Assembly (NCBI RefSeq): GCF_037042905.1
Contig: NC_087252.1
Coordinates: forward strand, 5,024,001-5,088,000
DNA from: Lytechinus pictus
Lineage: Eukaryota
Length of the DNA: 64,000 nt
Direction of reading: 5' to 3'
The notes under the pieces were generated by a model that was not told the DNA's origin, did not search any database, and saw only the letters and a program-made list of their open reading frames with translations. A program made the translations under genes and the position numbers. Below, in pieces: positions 42,101 to 52,280 of this stretch (its first letter is position 1; each line of letters starts with the position of its first letter).

Positions 42101-45100
42101 AATAATCACATTGCCAATAGGGATGGTTGATGGCCTAGACTAAAATAATTGCTGATTCTTGGATAAGCGATTAGAAGTTCAAAGTTCATAGCCATCAAGT
42201 ATTAAAAGTTATACAAGAATAATTGCCAACTATCAAAGAGAGGGCAGGCATATACCAGTAATCACTTTTATTAAATATATTTGTTTGATCTTTTGGGCCT
42301 GACGTTACCATCATAGTATAATGGAAAATAACCCATATTTACCAGGACTGTAAGAAGCAGAATTGAACGGGCAGTCATCCCAGACCTTTTTAAATACAGT
42401 TTTTTTTATCATTCCCAGAGTTTGGCAGGTCTGGGCTAGGAGCCAAGCTACTAATCTTAACCTCTAACCTCCCCATTTGCTTTAGTCCCACCCAGTTCCG
42501 TTACTGTGAGTGTTGACCCACCTGAAGCCAAGGAGGGTGATAGTGTTACGGTGACCTGTGAGACGGCAAGTAGCAACCCAGAGTCTGAGATCTCATGGTG
42601 GAGAGATGGTGTTCCAATAGAAAGTAAGTCATCAGGGTCCTGCTACATAAATAATAATATTACATCTACATCGGTCATGAAGAGAGGTGTTCGTGGTAGG
42701 TCAACAAGCCATCACATGATCATAGCTGCTAGGATCGCTTTTGTAATTTTCTAGGTTTTAATGTAGCCTTAGTGAATATAACTGTGTTGTGAATATTGGT
42801 GCAACTTATTTTGCTACAAGAGAGACATATCATACATGTAAGGAAATGTGATTAATTTTGATTTCACTAAGAAATAGAAAGTGGGGACATGCAGATTATT
42901 GCTGTTAGTTGACAACATAAAATGATTTATTGACACTGAAATAGTTTTTGATATAAAATATTTAATTTCTTGATAGAGTCTATAAAAATACTTTTTATAT
43001 ATCAACCCTACTTTAATAGGGCTTATACAGATCAGGATATTTGGGGGATGAGGTTCACTCTCTTGGCAAGCTGGATATACTCACTTTTTTCCCTTCATTT
43101 TCGCTTCGGAAAGATACCTACATCCAGCTTGCCTCGAAGTTGATAGTTTTCCTATCATATTCACCAACAGTGATTATTGCTTACCATTATACTCATCATA
43201 ATCATCAGTAATTTTGATTTCAATTTCTCTTTACACTGTAGATACTAACAACATAAGTACTGAGGTATTAGATGCAGAAAATGGAGGCAAAAGGACTCGT
43301 AGTCGTCTCCATCTTGAATCTGTCACCTCGGCCAACAATGGGGGTGTTTACCTTTGCCGTGCAATGAGCGATCTTGTTGTCGAGAGCGTCAACGATGGTG
43401 TCACACTTGATATCAAATGTGAGTTGTGTTTCCATGACACTTGTGATTTATATACCATAATAATGATGATGGTGATGATGATGATGATGGTGATGATGTT
43501 GGGGATGATGATGATGATGGTGATGATGATGATGGTAATGATGATGGTGATGATGATGGTGCTAATGAAGATGATGATGATGATAATGGTGGTGATGATG
43601 ATGAATGACTACAACAACAACAACAACGACTAAGAGAGGTAGCCCCTCTGTACTGGTGGTCATTAAAGGGATGGTCCAGGCTGTAGATATTTATATCACA
43701 ATAAACAGAGTAAAATTCACAAAGCAAAATCGGATAACAAATAACAAAGTTATTGAATCTTAAAGATTTGCATTATTCCGGTGAACAGTTATAGGCATGT
43801 CTTTATGTCTTTTGGTCTCTTTACCTCATTTCAATTTTCTAGTCAAACCCAAGATAACCACCCCTACTGGAATATCTTTGAGCAGCCATGAAGTTCCCGG
43901 TGACTTGGCTCTCAACTGTTCTGCCGAGGCCAACCCTCCCGATGTCACTTTCACGTGGAACAAGGACGCCGCCGAGATTAACGTCGCTGAGACGGAACGA
44001 TATACGCTTGATGAGGAAGGATCGTTGCTTATTCACAACGTGTCGCGAGAGGAGGCAGGGACGTACATGTGTTTAGCAAGCAATTCGGAGGGAGCAAGCA
44101 ATATAACAGCCACCCTAGATGTGCTTTGTAAGTTGAAATAAATTAATACTCTAAATGTAGTTTATTCATGATGTAGTATCAATACGTGGCATGCTGCTTT
44201 ACTTTTAGTGGTGCAGAACATATTAAAACAAATACAGAGATAAACATACACATGGTGAAACATATTGGCCCAAATTCACAAAGGTGGTTTTGAAATCCCA
44301 CAGTTGAGTCCATGGTTTACCGGGTATGCAGATTTCCTGTTTAAAATTACGCTTATTTTGCTGTGTATATTAAAAATGTCCAATGCTGATGCGTGCTTTT
44401 GTCACAGTGCGCCAAATTGACGCCTGTTGCCGTGGTTATTCACGCTATTTTATTCATGAGTCCACTGTTTTGAATTAATGAGTCCACTCTTCAAACAGTG
44501 GACTCATTGATAAAATAGCGTATCTATAACCATGGTAACAGGCGTCAAGTTGGCGCACTGTGATAAAAGCGCGAATCAGCATTGGAATTTTTTATACACG
44601 CGCCCGATATGTGCTAATTTAAGCGTAATTTATACAGGAAATCTGCATAAACCATGGATTCAACCGTGGGTTTTCAAACCCACCTTTGTGAATTCGGGCC
44701 AATATGTATCATGAATTGATTATGGACTTTTCCACAGCCCTTATGCTCCCACACACACACACACACACACCCTAACACACATAACAATATGGTCAAAAGT
44801 CACATATTTTTATTTGAATGTTTTATGAGTTAATGTAGGTATGTCTACAAGAGAATAAGAGAATTTGTCTAGTTGATCTCATTAGGCCTATAGCATAATG
44901 TATAATTTTAGCAATCTCTCATGACGTCATTACACAATGTAGTTATCATATCATTATATCAACATGTAAATCATTTTATTTCATCATTTGTTATTGTATA
45001 TCATTATATCACAGTTATATATCTCATTAGGCCTATAGCATAATGTATAATTTTAGCAATCTCTCATGACGTCATATAAAGTAATAATCATATCATTATA

Positions 45101-48100
45101 TCAACTTGTAAATCATTTTATTTTATCATCATTTGTTATTGTATATCATTATATCACACTCTTTAGTAATATGTTTTATTTTCATATGATCTTTGTCCAC
45201 ACTAGATTCTGCTAAGGTGACCACTGGAGAGGCAATCACCATCACCCTCAACACCCCTGGAGAGCTGGCCTGTGAAGCGGACGCCAACCCCAAGCCAGCA
45301 GGGTACATCACCTGGACCAGGCCGGGGTTTGACCTGACAGGTTACGCCCATGAGTATGTAGATGGGCGTGGCATCATGAGGGTGGATAACGTCACCAAGG
45401 CCGTCAGCGGGATGTACCTCTGTCACGCTGATAATGGCATCCCACCAGCAGACACCAAGAATATACAAGTTATCATTCAGTGTGAGTTAGAAAACTTGAT
45501 GGATGGCGTTTTTATAGGTTGACTTATCCATGAATTCCCAATTTTGGCAATGATCATGAAATGAATTTAGAACAGAATCCAACAAAATTTACCACCCAGG
45601 TGTTAGTATGAATAAAACATGCGCCCAACGATTCCTGAAGAAGTGAGTATTTGCTGAAGAAACGAACAAGGCATAGGTGACGCCATACAAATAATGATAA
45701 AAAGAACTGTGGCATTCTGTATTGTGCATTGTAAAATGTCCCCTAAATTTTTTACAATGAAAGGAAAATAAAGATGTATTGTAAATATTTTATTGAGTTA
45801 TCTTTTTCATGAATGTAAATATTAGTTTTATCAACTTTCCGCGGAATGTTACAAATAATGGTTTAATTAATTGTTACAATAATGGGTTCTGACATAGTCA
45901 TCATGTAAAGATGATATGTAATGGCATCCCACCAGCAGATACTAAGAATATTCATTAATCAGTGTGAGTTATAAAGCTTGATGGATGCGTTTTTATAGGT
46001 TGATCTTACTATGAATTCCTATTTTGGCAATGATCATAAAATGAATTTAGAACAGAATCCAACAAAATTTACCACCCAAGTGTTAGTATGAATAAAACAT
46101 GCGCCCAACGATTCCTGCAGAAGTGAGTATTTGCTGAAGAAACGAACAAGGCATAATGATTAAAAAGAACTGTGGCATTCTGTATTGTGCATTGTAAAAT
46201 GTCACCTAATTTTTTTTACAATGAAATGAGAATAAAGATGTATTGTGATTATTTCAATGAGTTATCTTTTCCTGAATGTTTATATTAGTTTTATCAACTT
46301 TCCATGGAATGTAAATGATAATAATGGTTTATTTAATGATAACAATAATGGGTTCTGACGTAGTCATCATGTATATGGCTTTAGCATAGGTGCTAGATTT
46401 TTAGAGTGGTAATTGACTTTATGAGCTGTTCATGTAGACTGAATTTTATTCATCTTTTTTTTATTGTTTCCTTAGACCCTCCTGAAGTAGACCACTCCAT
46501 GCCAAACAAGGTAGCCAAGAGCACCGGCCAGACCGCCCTCCTCCGCTGCAGGGCTGAAGGATCCCCTCTCGTCCAGTTCAACTGGTTCAAGGGGTCGGCG
46601 GAGGTCAACTTGACCAGTGACCACTACACGCTGGACATCAGACAAGATTTGACCTATGCTAATCGTTACGAGAGTCGGTTGATCATCAGTCAGATCGATG
46701 AGATTGATGATTACGGGACGTATGTCTGCAAGGCTTATAATGACCTGGGAGAGGCTCGCTTTGAGATACAACTGGAGAAGACGAGTAAGTCCTGTGGCCC
46801 TGTGACATAAAGATTAGCAATCAATCGTGTTGATTTTTATGATTAATCATAAATGATAACCTTAGAAATCACTCTCGTGATCAATTGCTGAGCTTCATGT
46901 TACCGGGTGCTTTGGCTCTTGTTCAGGGGCCTGTTGCAGAAAGAGTTGCGTTTAAACGCAAGTCAAAATATCAAGCGCAAGTCCCGAATATGGGTGCTTC
47001 ATTGGCTGAAAATCAAGTTGCGCAAGGTTTTTTGAGTTGCATTTGATCGCAACTCTTTCTGCAACGGGCCCCAGATATGGCATGAAAATAAACCCTACCA
47101 ATATTACAGAACAGTAAAGTGCCACTTGGTCTGTATCCACTGTGTATTTGGTCACATCCCACATGATGTAATCCCAATATGTCTAAAACCAGTTCATCTA
47201 ATTAACAACCAGTTAGTTTTTAAAACCATTTTGTCTAATATCTACTTGGTCTATTACTCACCTAGTTTTAATTAGTCGACTAGGTAAACTGATTAATTTG
47301 TAAATATAGTTACGTAGTTAACTATATAACTTGTAAACCTGGTCATCTGAAACTATTATTTGATTCTTTTCGCTGGATAGGTCCACCTGAAGCCCCATCT
47401 AATCTTCAAGTTGTTGAAATCAGCTTTGATTCAGTCACTCTCAATTGGACCAAAGGTAAGTACTTACAGAATAGATGGATTGATGTTGTTAATGATTTAA
47501 GTAGGGCCTTGAAAGCATTTCATGATAGAAATAGTAAATTTCACTGACAACTTTTAGAAGCTACTGAAATCCTTACTTGTGATTGGCCGATAACAAATTT
47601 GTCAGTACAGTGAAAATCACATGATATCTGGATTTTACCATCATCTTGCATGTCCTTGCTCGCATGTATGGATTTTGGTTGCGTTCTGTTGTGGATGTTT
47701 GAAAAAGCTTCAAATTATCAAGCTAGAATGCAAGACCTCTGCTTTAGTTGCCTATTGACCTTGTATTAGCTGATTTCATTGCATTGTGTTGCGTTAGACT
47801 GTGATTGTCTGCGTTCGGGCAATACGCAGCTGAACGCAAGCCCCTAGGCTTCTAAAGGGAAACTGACTCAGTAAGGTAACAAAGGTAAATTAAATTCTGC
47901 ACAATGACAATCTATAGAATTTTTCATTTTTGCTTTGCTCATTCTTTACCACCCTTCTAGGTTTTGATGGTGGATTGGATCAGACCTTCCAGGTCCGCTT
48001 CAACCAGAAAGGTGGGAAGCAGTATCAGTATGTTGACGTTTCACCATCCACTTCAACAACATTCACAGTATCCAACCTTAACCCCAACTCTGACTACGAG

Positions 48101-51100
48101 TTTACCGTGAGAGGGCGCAATGCGCAGGGAGACGGACCGTATTATCTTGGAATCGTGTCTGCCAAGACAACTGGTAAGTAGGCATTGTGGTTTAGTGCTT
48201 CTGAATCCAGCCGATTAAGTAGAGGATAATGGGTTCAAATCTTACTCCTTGCATTAATTTCCTTTCTGGGAGCTACTTTTCACAACCTGCCGTGTAAATC
48301 TTCAACATGTATAAGCTTTAACATTGCAGTAAATTTTGATTTTCCAGATTTTGTTTTAACTTTCCAGAGCTCTTTTGAGCATTTTGGAAGTGAAATAACC
48401 CCATGTCCCTGTGTATTTTTCTTCTGAGTTGATGGTATTTCCAACCTTTGTTTTTCTATTTTGTTGTCTCTTTTGCACAGAAGAACGATTAAATTAATCG
48501 ATTGATAAGTATATAAATACAAATATTGGTACATGAATAAAATCATTATCAATTAAATAAGATTCAAACTTTGGTTGCAGTGATGGAAAATTGAGTGTAC
48601 TGGCTTCATGGTTTTTCAGTGATGTGGGTCCTTATATTCCATGGACAGAATGTCTATTGTTATAGTTGCTTGTATTTTGAAATGTAAATTTGACACGTTT
48701 TCTCTTGTTTTTCATTTCAGTCAAGCCCACAGAGCCTCCAGTTGAAATTCCAACACGTGAGTAAAGAAATCTATAAGCACAGAATTCACAGAAGATGGTT
48801 TTGAATACCTGGTTTGAATCCATAGTTTGTGCAGATACTAATTATTTATGTATATTGAGAAAGGTTCCCATTGTAAGTGGCGGTTTTGTCCCAGTAATTC
48901 AAATCTGTTGGCTCATTAGAGCTTAATCCGTAGTGAAAAGGTGGAATCCAGCTCCCTCTAACAGAGATGTGCTTTGATAAGTTGATTGTTTCCCATTTTA
49001 TGTGTACTCCATGAATTGATTAATTGATGCATAAATCTGCATAAATTCTCTCATTCTTTCAATCACTCTCTCGTTCTTTCTATCATTCTCAGGTTTATTG
49101 GTTGGTAACATCCCTCTCTACATGGTACTTCTCTTCTCATTCCTGTGCATCTTAAGCTGTGTTTTCATTAATATATTCCTTTGTTGCTGTCTCGTCAAAC
49201 GAAGGGAATCAAGAAAGAAGGTCGCAGGTGAGCTTGAACTTTATGATAGATCAATTTACCAAAGGTCATCGCACATAGTCTGATTGGTGTATGATCTGTT
49301 TTTTGGAACAAATTACATTTTTCATATTTCTGATAATAGATACTTATAGCAATAGGCCTATTTTAGTTTAGGCAGTTCAGAATAATTTTGTATGTTCTTT
49401 TCTTATTTTTGTCAAGTTAAGTTCAAATTGAATTTGAATCATAGCTGATTGTCCCTTTGTTATGATGTTGGGTTTGGATATACAAAAAAGGATAAATTTG
49501 ACTATTTCTGGGTATTTCTAGGGAATTGCTGTGTTATGGAATTACCTCTCCATGAATTTGGAAATTTAGATTAAGAGGATGGTGTTAATTTTGTTTTCCT
49601 TCCAGCAAAATCTTCATCGATCCAGAAGAAGACTGATGAAGTTGAACTTGTAAAACCAGTGTAAGTAATACTAGCTAATACTCTTTGTCAAAACAAATAG
49701 ATATGTGTTCCAAGTGAGAGTAGTAGTAAGAATCCAGGTTTTAATTCTGGTTGATTCCCTGATAATGGTGTGGCTGGATTTACCTCACAAAATTTGCTCT
49801 TACCCCCTACATTTAAGCTCTACTCGGAATCCCGGGAGGGGGGGGGGGCAGTCAAATATATTGCTGTACACATGCGTGACCCAAAAAACGCGTTTAATTG
49901 GGTGTTTTTTTCAGTTTTGGACGCGGGCTGCACGTGCACATGTTAAGGGTATAAAAAACACTGATTTTGAAGAAAAAGAGTGGTTTTGAAAGACTGGTCA
50001 CTGGTCAATCACGGGGTCAAACGTATTTAGGGTATGTATTTTTTCCAAAGTTTTTTAAAATGCTAGCCAAACATGTTTAGGGTACTGTTTTTACTCCCAA
50101 GCTTTTTCCCCATGGTCATATTCTGGCGACAACTTGTTTGGGGGCCAAAATGTGTAAATCAAGCCAGCGAAAAACTTGTGTAGGGGTTATTTTGTACACA
50201 CAAAAAAACTTGTTTAGGGGGTCTTTGGAAATTACTTGGTCATGCGTGTGTACAGCAATATATTTGACTGGAGCCCCCCCGGGCTCGGAATATCCTCCTT
50301 CCATCCAACTCTTCTATTCTTCTCCACCACTCCTTCCATGTCTTCTTTGGTTACCCTGTAACATTCTGACCATCAAAGCATGTGGTAGAACTATGGTAAT
50401 TTATGGAGATTAATAATGTCATGGATATAACCACCATTCTTTCCTTCCTATATTAAAAAGGTCTTCTCTGTTTCATGTACTGGTAAGATAATTTTTGTGT
50501 CTTGCATTGAAAAAACAAAAATTAATTTGAAAAAAAATTGCTGTGTTAGAATATATCACACTTGGACTTAACAATAGACAAACAACTTTCTTTCTTACCA
50601 GTCAAAAAAACAAACAAAATATGATACTCCAGCTTATTCATGTAGAGATCTAGCAGGGCTCGTTAGTGAAATTTATCCAGTCAAGATAATGTATAATATA
50701 TTTTTGGTACTGTATGTTGATGCAGTCATTTATGGCACTACTTTATCATTTATTTTTGCAGTGAGCGCCCTGAGAGTCCTGCTTACAGCGACTCCAACAC
50801 AGACAACATGTCTCACCGATCTGAGCATGACGATCGCTACTCGTACGACAATGTCAGCTACGACAGACGACGCTACGACGACTACAGCGATGGACGATCT
50901 GAAAACTATGACCATTACGATGACAGACAACCTCCTATCTCACCTCGTGTGGTCACTAGCCGAGGTGGACCAGGCTACTATGAGCATTCTACTCATAGAC
51001 CACCTTCCTATGCTCAGAGCTGGGATTCTTATGGTAAGAAAAAAAATGAATGTTTGCTTTAACAGAGGAGATAAACGTATCAGTAATTTTGATTCTTGTC

Positions 51101-52280
51101 TCGCCTGCATAGCAGAGGGAGACTATAGGCGCCGCTTTTCTGATGGCGACGGCGGCGGCTACGTCAACATCAAATCTAAACCTAAGGTTAAGTTTTTTAA
51201 ATGACATCATTACTTAGAAAGTATATGGACCTAGTTCATGAAACTTGGACATAAGGGTAATCAAGTATTACTGAACATCCTGCCTTGGTTTTAGGTTACA
51301 TGACCAAGGTCAAAGGTCATTTAGAGTCAATGAACTTTGGTCATGTTGGGGGTATTTGTTGAATTTGAGCATCATAACTTAAAAGTTTATGGATCTAGTT
51401 CATGAAACATGGACATAAGGATAATCAAGCACACATCCTAGATCACATGATCATGGTCAAAGGTCATTTTGGGTCACTGGACATAGTATTGTATTATCAT
51501 ATGACTGTTTTCTTTTGTGAATAATTATTCAATAGCTGTTTTCAAAGTCAGCACCGCTGCTATATCAAATCGGGTTATGCAGACGAGACTGCCAGAGGCG
51601 TTCCATTAGTTTATTATTCACCATATGATATAAAAGCTTCAAGATCTATGTTAAAATGGAGATGGACGGTCAGCCAGGTACAATTGTCCTCTGCTCACCA
51701 TATCGACAATATTCTACTTTTCCAACTTTGTTGAAAAAAATGGAGAACATTTGATAAATATAAGAGTTGGTCAGCACACTCATAATCTATTTCACTCTCT
51801 TATCAAATGTAAATGAAAAAATAGTAGTCTAGGGGTTTTACTAGTTTCGGTTGGTTACTGGCAAACAATATATTTTCTTGTATTGACAGAATAAATGACA
51901 AGATAAATGACTGAAAACTTATATCTGAGGAAATTGTTGGCAGTTGCCAGATCTATTAAAAATAGAACCCTTCTGGTTCCTAAAATAAATTCTGAATTTC
52001 CAACTGCATATATATTCTTCAACCTTATCTTCCTTACTTGACAGAAAACCCACCAAGCACTGGTCTCTCTGAATCCCAGATCGATGACAACGAGGAACGC
52101 GAGTATGCCGACATGCTACGACGTCAGCAGAAGGCCCAGTATATGGCCCATGGGGGTGCTATCCAGCCCCCTACAGCTCCGAGCCCAGTCCCCAGCAGCC
52201 TCGGGAATTTTGTGCCCCTACCTAAAGGGGGCTCTGCTGCCCCCAGCCAAGTAGGTAGTGAAGAAGGTTACCTGGTGTAG
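21088..52280 (+). CDS. NPHS1: Nephrin-like (NPHS1/Sns/Hbs/SYG-2 family) Ig-superfamily adhesion receptor, complete spliced CDS, ~1272 aa
   Basis: 22 GT-AG exons with consistent phases: 21088-21169, 26846-27022, 34247-34384, 35242-35436, 35772-35906, 36807-36916, 37767-37947, 39501-39581, 40992-41213, 41558-41848, 42486-42623, 43242-43418, 43843-44127, 45206-45481, 46476-46784, 47381-47455, 47961-48173, 48721-48756, 49093-49227, 49606-49660, 50762-51033, 52045-52280. They sum to 3819 nt, a multiple of 3. Architecture is SP + 9 Ig + FN3 + TM + tail. Repeated GGNPLA/SNP motifs, FN3 GFDGG, YDNV and C-terminal EGYLV (human nephrin ends GHLV). Gene symbol is by family resemblance. Confidence 0.9.
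22725..23145. repeat. Same palindromic dispersed repeat family
   Basis: Shared core AAGTGTTAATTGTGCAAAATGAATGAAAAGAAAATGG and inverted halves. Confidence 0.65.
23270..23919. mobile_element. PIF/Harbinger-like MITE, related family
   Basis: TIR TACCCCTTTCATA, TAA TSD, internal TTCGCCGGCGAA-type palindromes. Confidence 0.78.
24661..25136. mobile_element. MITE with TIR GGTGGTTTCA(G/A)ACCGCCTCGA
   Basis: Terminal inverted repeats with TA flanks; GC-rich interior. Confidence 0.72.
25544..25816. repeat. Same family, internally deleted copy
   Basis: Matches the ends of 22725-23145. Confidence 0.6.
26846..27022 (+). CDS. Nephrin-like exon, Ig1 N-half
   Basis: QQSFATTPVDTEVVEGQDVTLQCAV...IIWSKD; tgcag acceptor, gtaaat donor. 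Confidence 0.9.
27680..28671. mobile_element. Non-autonomous Tc1/mariner-type element
   Basis: TA|CAGTGCGTATCAAAAAAAAGTTTACACTT...AAGTGTAAACTTTTTTTGAAACACACTG|TA; no transposase ORF. Confidence 0.8.
30619..33664 (-). mobile_element. Gypsy (Mag-like) LTR retrotransposon, internally deleted, recent insertion
   Basis: 162-bp TG...CA LTRs at 30619-30780 and 33503-33664 with 1 mismatch; TSD GACAT; PBS TGGCGACGAGGATGG next to the 5' LTR, matching the tRNA-Ser(GCU) 3' end as I recall it; PPT AAAGGAGGGAAATA next to the 3' LTR. Confidence 0.95.
30991..33489 (-). CDS. Gag N-terminus fused in frame to RT-connection, RNase H and integrase (832 aa); no protease or RT catalytic core
   Basis: Gag-like YFGPK..VMIERYHFRQRVQ...RDQLI; then P.NVKELASFLG...Y.KF, RNase H TDAS/YSTGERE/TDHQAL, integrase HxxH...CxxC, D...TDNGPQF...E. 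Confidence 0.9.
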   Translation of the reverse strand: MAGIGLVAPNPFLATPGEPPVPWSRWILSFKTYLTASGLDTAEIPDLRRRAILIHCLGREGQRIFGQLEVSTTGTYDKAVDELEKYFGPKTSVMIERYHFRQRVQGHGEPVKQYVAAITELASKCKFGTLNDELVRDQLIEKTSIPRIRERLLMEDDGLTLKKGTLPAPTNVKELASFLGTTNFYRKFVPQYAEIAEPLQKLLRKDALWEWHNAQETAFNTLKGRIAEPPVLAHFTPSAETYVTTDASAFAIGAVLSQTIDGSVRPVAFASRALSDTERKYSTGEREALACIYACEHWHMYLYGRKFTLRTDHQALTTLLSTSGSGHRPLRIYRWSDRLHQYDFKVEYLAGSRNRVADMLSCTPNANSNRDSHARSDIEDDVEDYVLMVISHVTAKLVTREQLKTESAADATLQKVCHYLQTAWPREISEDLVPYHRVRNELAIFDDTCIARGTQAVIPKSLQHRLLQTAHESHPGVVKMKQRCREAIWWPAIDRRVEDLVRSCEACTLSEKTQPRPAPLQPTPWPKKPWQQLQVDIFGEVQAAPQSQRFLLVVHDLHSKWPEIAATSSVTTTSVISILEKMFTKWGLPESITTDNGPQFTSEQFEEFLAVNGIQHRLTTRYNPQSNGGVERFNRVIKESLKANLADGMTFDKAIQTLLRTYRSTPHSLTGKTPAELMLGRNLRMPFNILKPPVSEPASTQAEAREIERKQQSMKAYTDKRRRAITPKFAIGDWVRVKRPNRKHKLASGVSKPKQIVNKLGSNAFVLDDGTRWNTRRIIASKPGNMNESDWEDTFPFPTSTEDQEQQRAEPRTVRRSQRLRRRPGYLRDYRS
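34247..34384 (+). CDS. Nephrin-like exon, Ig1 C-half (absent from ORF track)
   Basis: GDATREGNLEIQRADISDDAEYRCHV...SEPAAVIVL with Ig DxxxYxC motif; tttag acceptor, gtaaga donor. Confidence 0.9.
34485..35195. repeat. (GAT/GGT)n low-complexity intronic repeat with ~170-176-bp higher-order triplication
   Basis: Marker ATGATGAAAGTGATTTTGAT at 34681, 34851 and 35027. Confidence 0.9.
35242..35436 (+). CDS. Nephrin-like exon, Ig2 N-half
   Basis: PPDPPVI...LPCRANNGKPAPVITWLK; donor gtcagt. Confidence 0.88.
35772..35906 (+). CDS. Nephrin-like exon, Ig2 C-half
   Basis: KRVNAVSTLTLNPEKEDNGVTYACKVSH...LDVR; GT-AG. Confidence 0.88.
35943..36212 (+). mobile_element. tRNA-derived SINE
   Basis: A box TGGTCTAGTGG, degenerate B box GTTCAGATCC, (AACAG)n-type tail. 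Confidence 0.65.
36807..36916 (+). CDS. Nephrin-like exon, Ig3 N-half
   Basis: PPSAPVISGY...LRCTSLGGNPLAE; phase-0 donor gtaaat. Confidence 0.88.
37074..37345 (+). mobile_element. tRNA-derived SINE (degenerate)
   Basis: TGGCCTAGTGG A box, GGTTGGAATCC B box, ACTCGACCCAGGTGAGGTAAATGGGTAC core. Confidence 0.6.
37767..37947 (+). CDS. Nephrin-like exon, Ig3 C-half
   Basis: VYWYKND...DNNAIYKCVA...LSVN; donor gtaagc. Confidence 0.88.
37969..38270. repeat. 12-bp minisatellite (GATAATGGTATT)n
   Basis: Directly visible; intronic, starting just after the donor at 37948. Confidence 0.9.
39501..39581 (+). CDS. Nephrin-like exon, Ig4 N-half (absent from ORF track)
   Basis: FAPAYVNITGHEKMVQSDATLTLKCTS; ttgcag acceptor, gtatgt donor. 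Confidence 0.85.
39605..40407. mobile_element. MITE (TIR AAGG(C/T)CACCGCACAC) with a nested SINE
   Basis: Inverted termini at 39606-39620 and 40393-40407. Confidence 0.6.
39666..40062 (+). mobile_element. tRNA-derived SINE with Deu-domain-like core and (AAT)n tail
   Basis: A box TGGCTCAGTCGG, B box GGTTCGAGTCC, CGGATTAGACGTTAAA...GAGG core, (AAT)n end. Confidence 0.7.
40992..41213 (+). CDS. Nephrin-like exon, Ig4 C-half
   Basis: NSNPASSISWF...NGGFVTSQEL...YMCQATN...VNVM; donor gtaagt. Confidence 0.88.
41558..41848 (+). CDS. Nephrin-like exon, Ig5
   Basis: YPPENPGITGY...CFAMGGNPLATLVWYK...DNGAVYSCNASN. Confidence 0.9.
42486..42623 (+). CDS. Nephrin-like exon, Ig6 N-half
   Basis: FPPSSVTV...VTCETASSNPESEISWWRDG; donor gtaagt. 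Confidence 0.88.
43242..43418 (+). CDS. Nephrin-like exon, Ig6 C-half
   Basis: ENGGKRTRSRL...NNGGVYLCRA...LDIK; donor gtgagt. Confidence 0.88.
43460..43630. repeat. (GAT)n/(CAA)n microsatellite
   Basis: Directly visible; intronic. Confidence 0.9.
43843..44127 (+). CDS. Nephrin-like exon, Ig7
   Basis: LNCSAEANPP...FTWNKD...GSLLIHNVSREEAGTYMCLASNSEG. Confidence 0.9.
44261..44706. mobile_element. Long fold-back MITE (GGCCC termini)
   Basis: ~200-bp imperfect inverted arms; smaller relatives at ~46925-47072 and ~53007-53160. Confidence 0.7.
45206..45481 (+). CDS. Nephrin-like exon, Ig8
   Basis: LACEADANP...ITWTR...SGMYLCHADNGIPP. Confidence 0.9.
45432..46373 (+). repeat. ~470-bp tandem duplication spanning the end of the Ig8 exon and the intron start
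   Basis: 45432-45907 is repeated at 45919-46373. Confidence 0.85.
46476..46784 (+). CDS. Nephrin-like exon, Ig9
   Basis: LRCRAEGSPLVQFNWFK...DYGTYVCKAYNDLG. Confidence 0.9.
47381..47455 (+). CDS. Nephrin-like exon, FN3 N-part (absent from ORF track)
   Basis: SPPEAPSNLQVVEISFDSVTLNWTK; donor gtaagt. Confidence 0.87.
47961..48173 (+). CDS. Nephrin-like exon, FN3 C-part
   Basis: GFDGGLDQTF...NLNPNSDYEFTVRGRNAQG. Confidence 0.9.
48721..48756 (+). CDS. Nephrin-like 36-nt juxtamembrane micro-exon
   Basis: strong pyrimidine tract + ttcag; VKPTEPPVEIPT; donor gtgagt; phase 1-1. Confidence 0.7.
49093..49227 (+). CDS. Nephrin-like transmembrane exon
   Basis: IPLYMVLLFSFLCILSCVFINIFLCCCLV followed by basic KRRESRKK stop-transfer. 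Confidence 0.88.
49606..49660 (+). CDS. Nephrin-like cytoplasmic exon (absent from ORF track)
   Basis: AKSSSIQKKTDEVELVKPV; phase 1 to 2, required to put the next exon in frame. Confidence 0.8.
49831..50283. mobile_element. MITE with CCCGGG termini and 8-bp TSD (superfamily unassigned)
   Basis: TSD CTCGGAAT at 49823-30 and 50284-91; inverted CAGTCAAATATATTGCTGTACAC arms. Confidence 0.8.
50762..51033 (+). CDS. Nephrin-like Tyr-rich cytoplasmic exon
   Basis: ERPESPAYSD...YSYDNVSYDRRRYDDY...RPPSYAQSWDSY. Confidence 0.85.
51093..51607 (-). mobile_element. Third HINE/Tsp-like copy, short array
   Basis: Reverse complement of the same termini and unit. Confidence 0.72.
52045..52280 (+). CDS. Nephrin-like terminal coding exon
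   Basis: ENPPSTG...SEEGYLV-stop; PDZ-ligand-like terminus. Confidence 0.85.

Noticed and set aside
43419..43633. Poly-Met ORF tail after the Ig6 exon
   Set aside because: (GAT)n microsatellite beyond the donor site.
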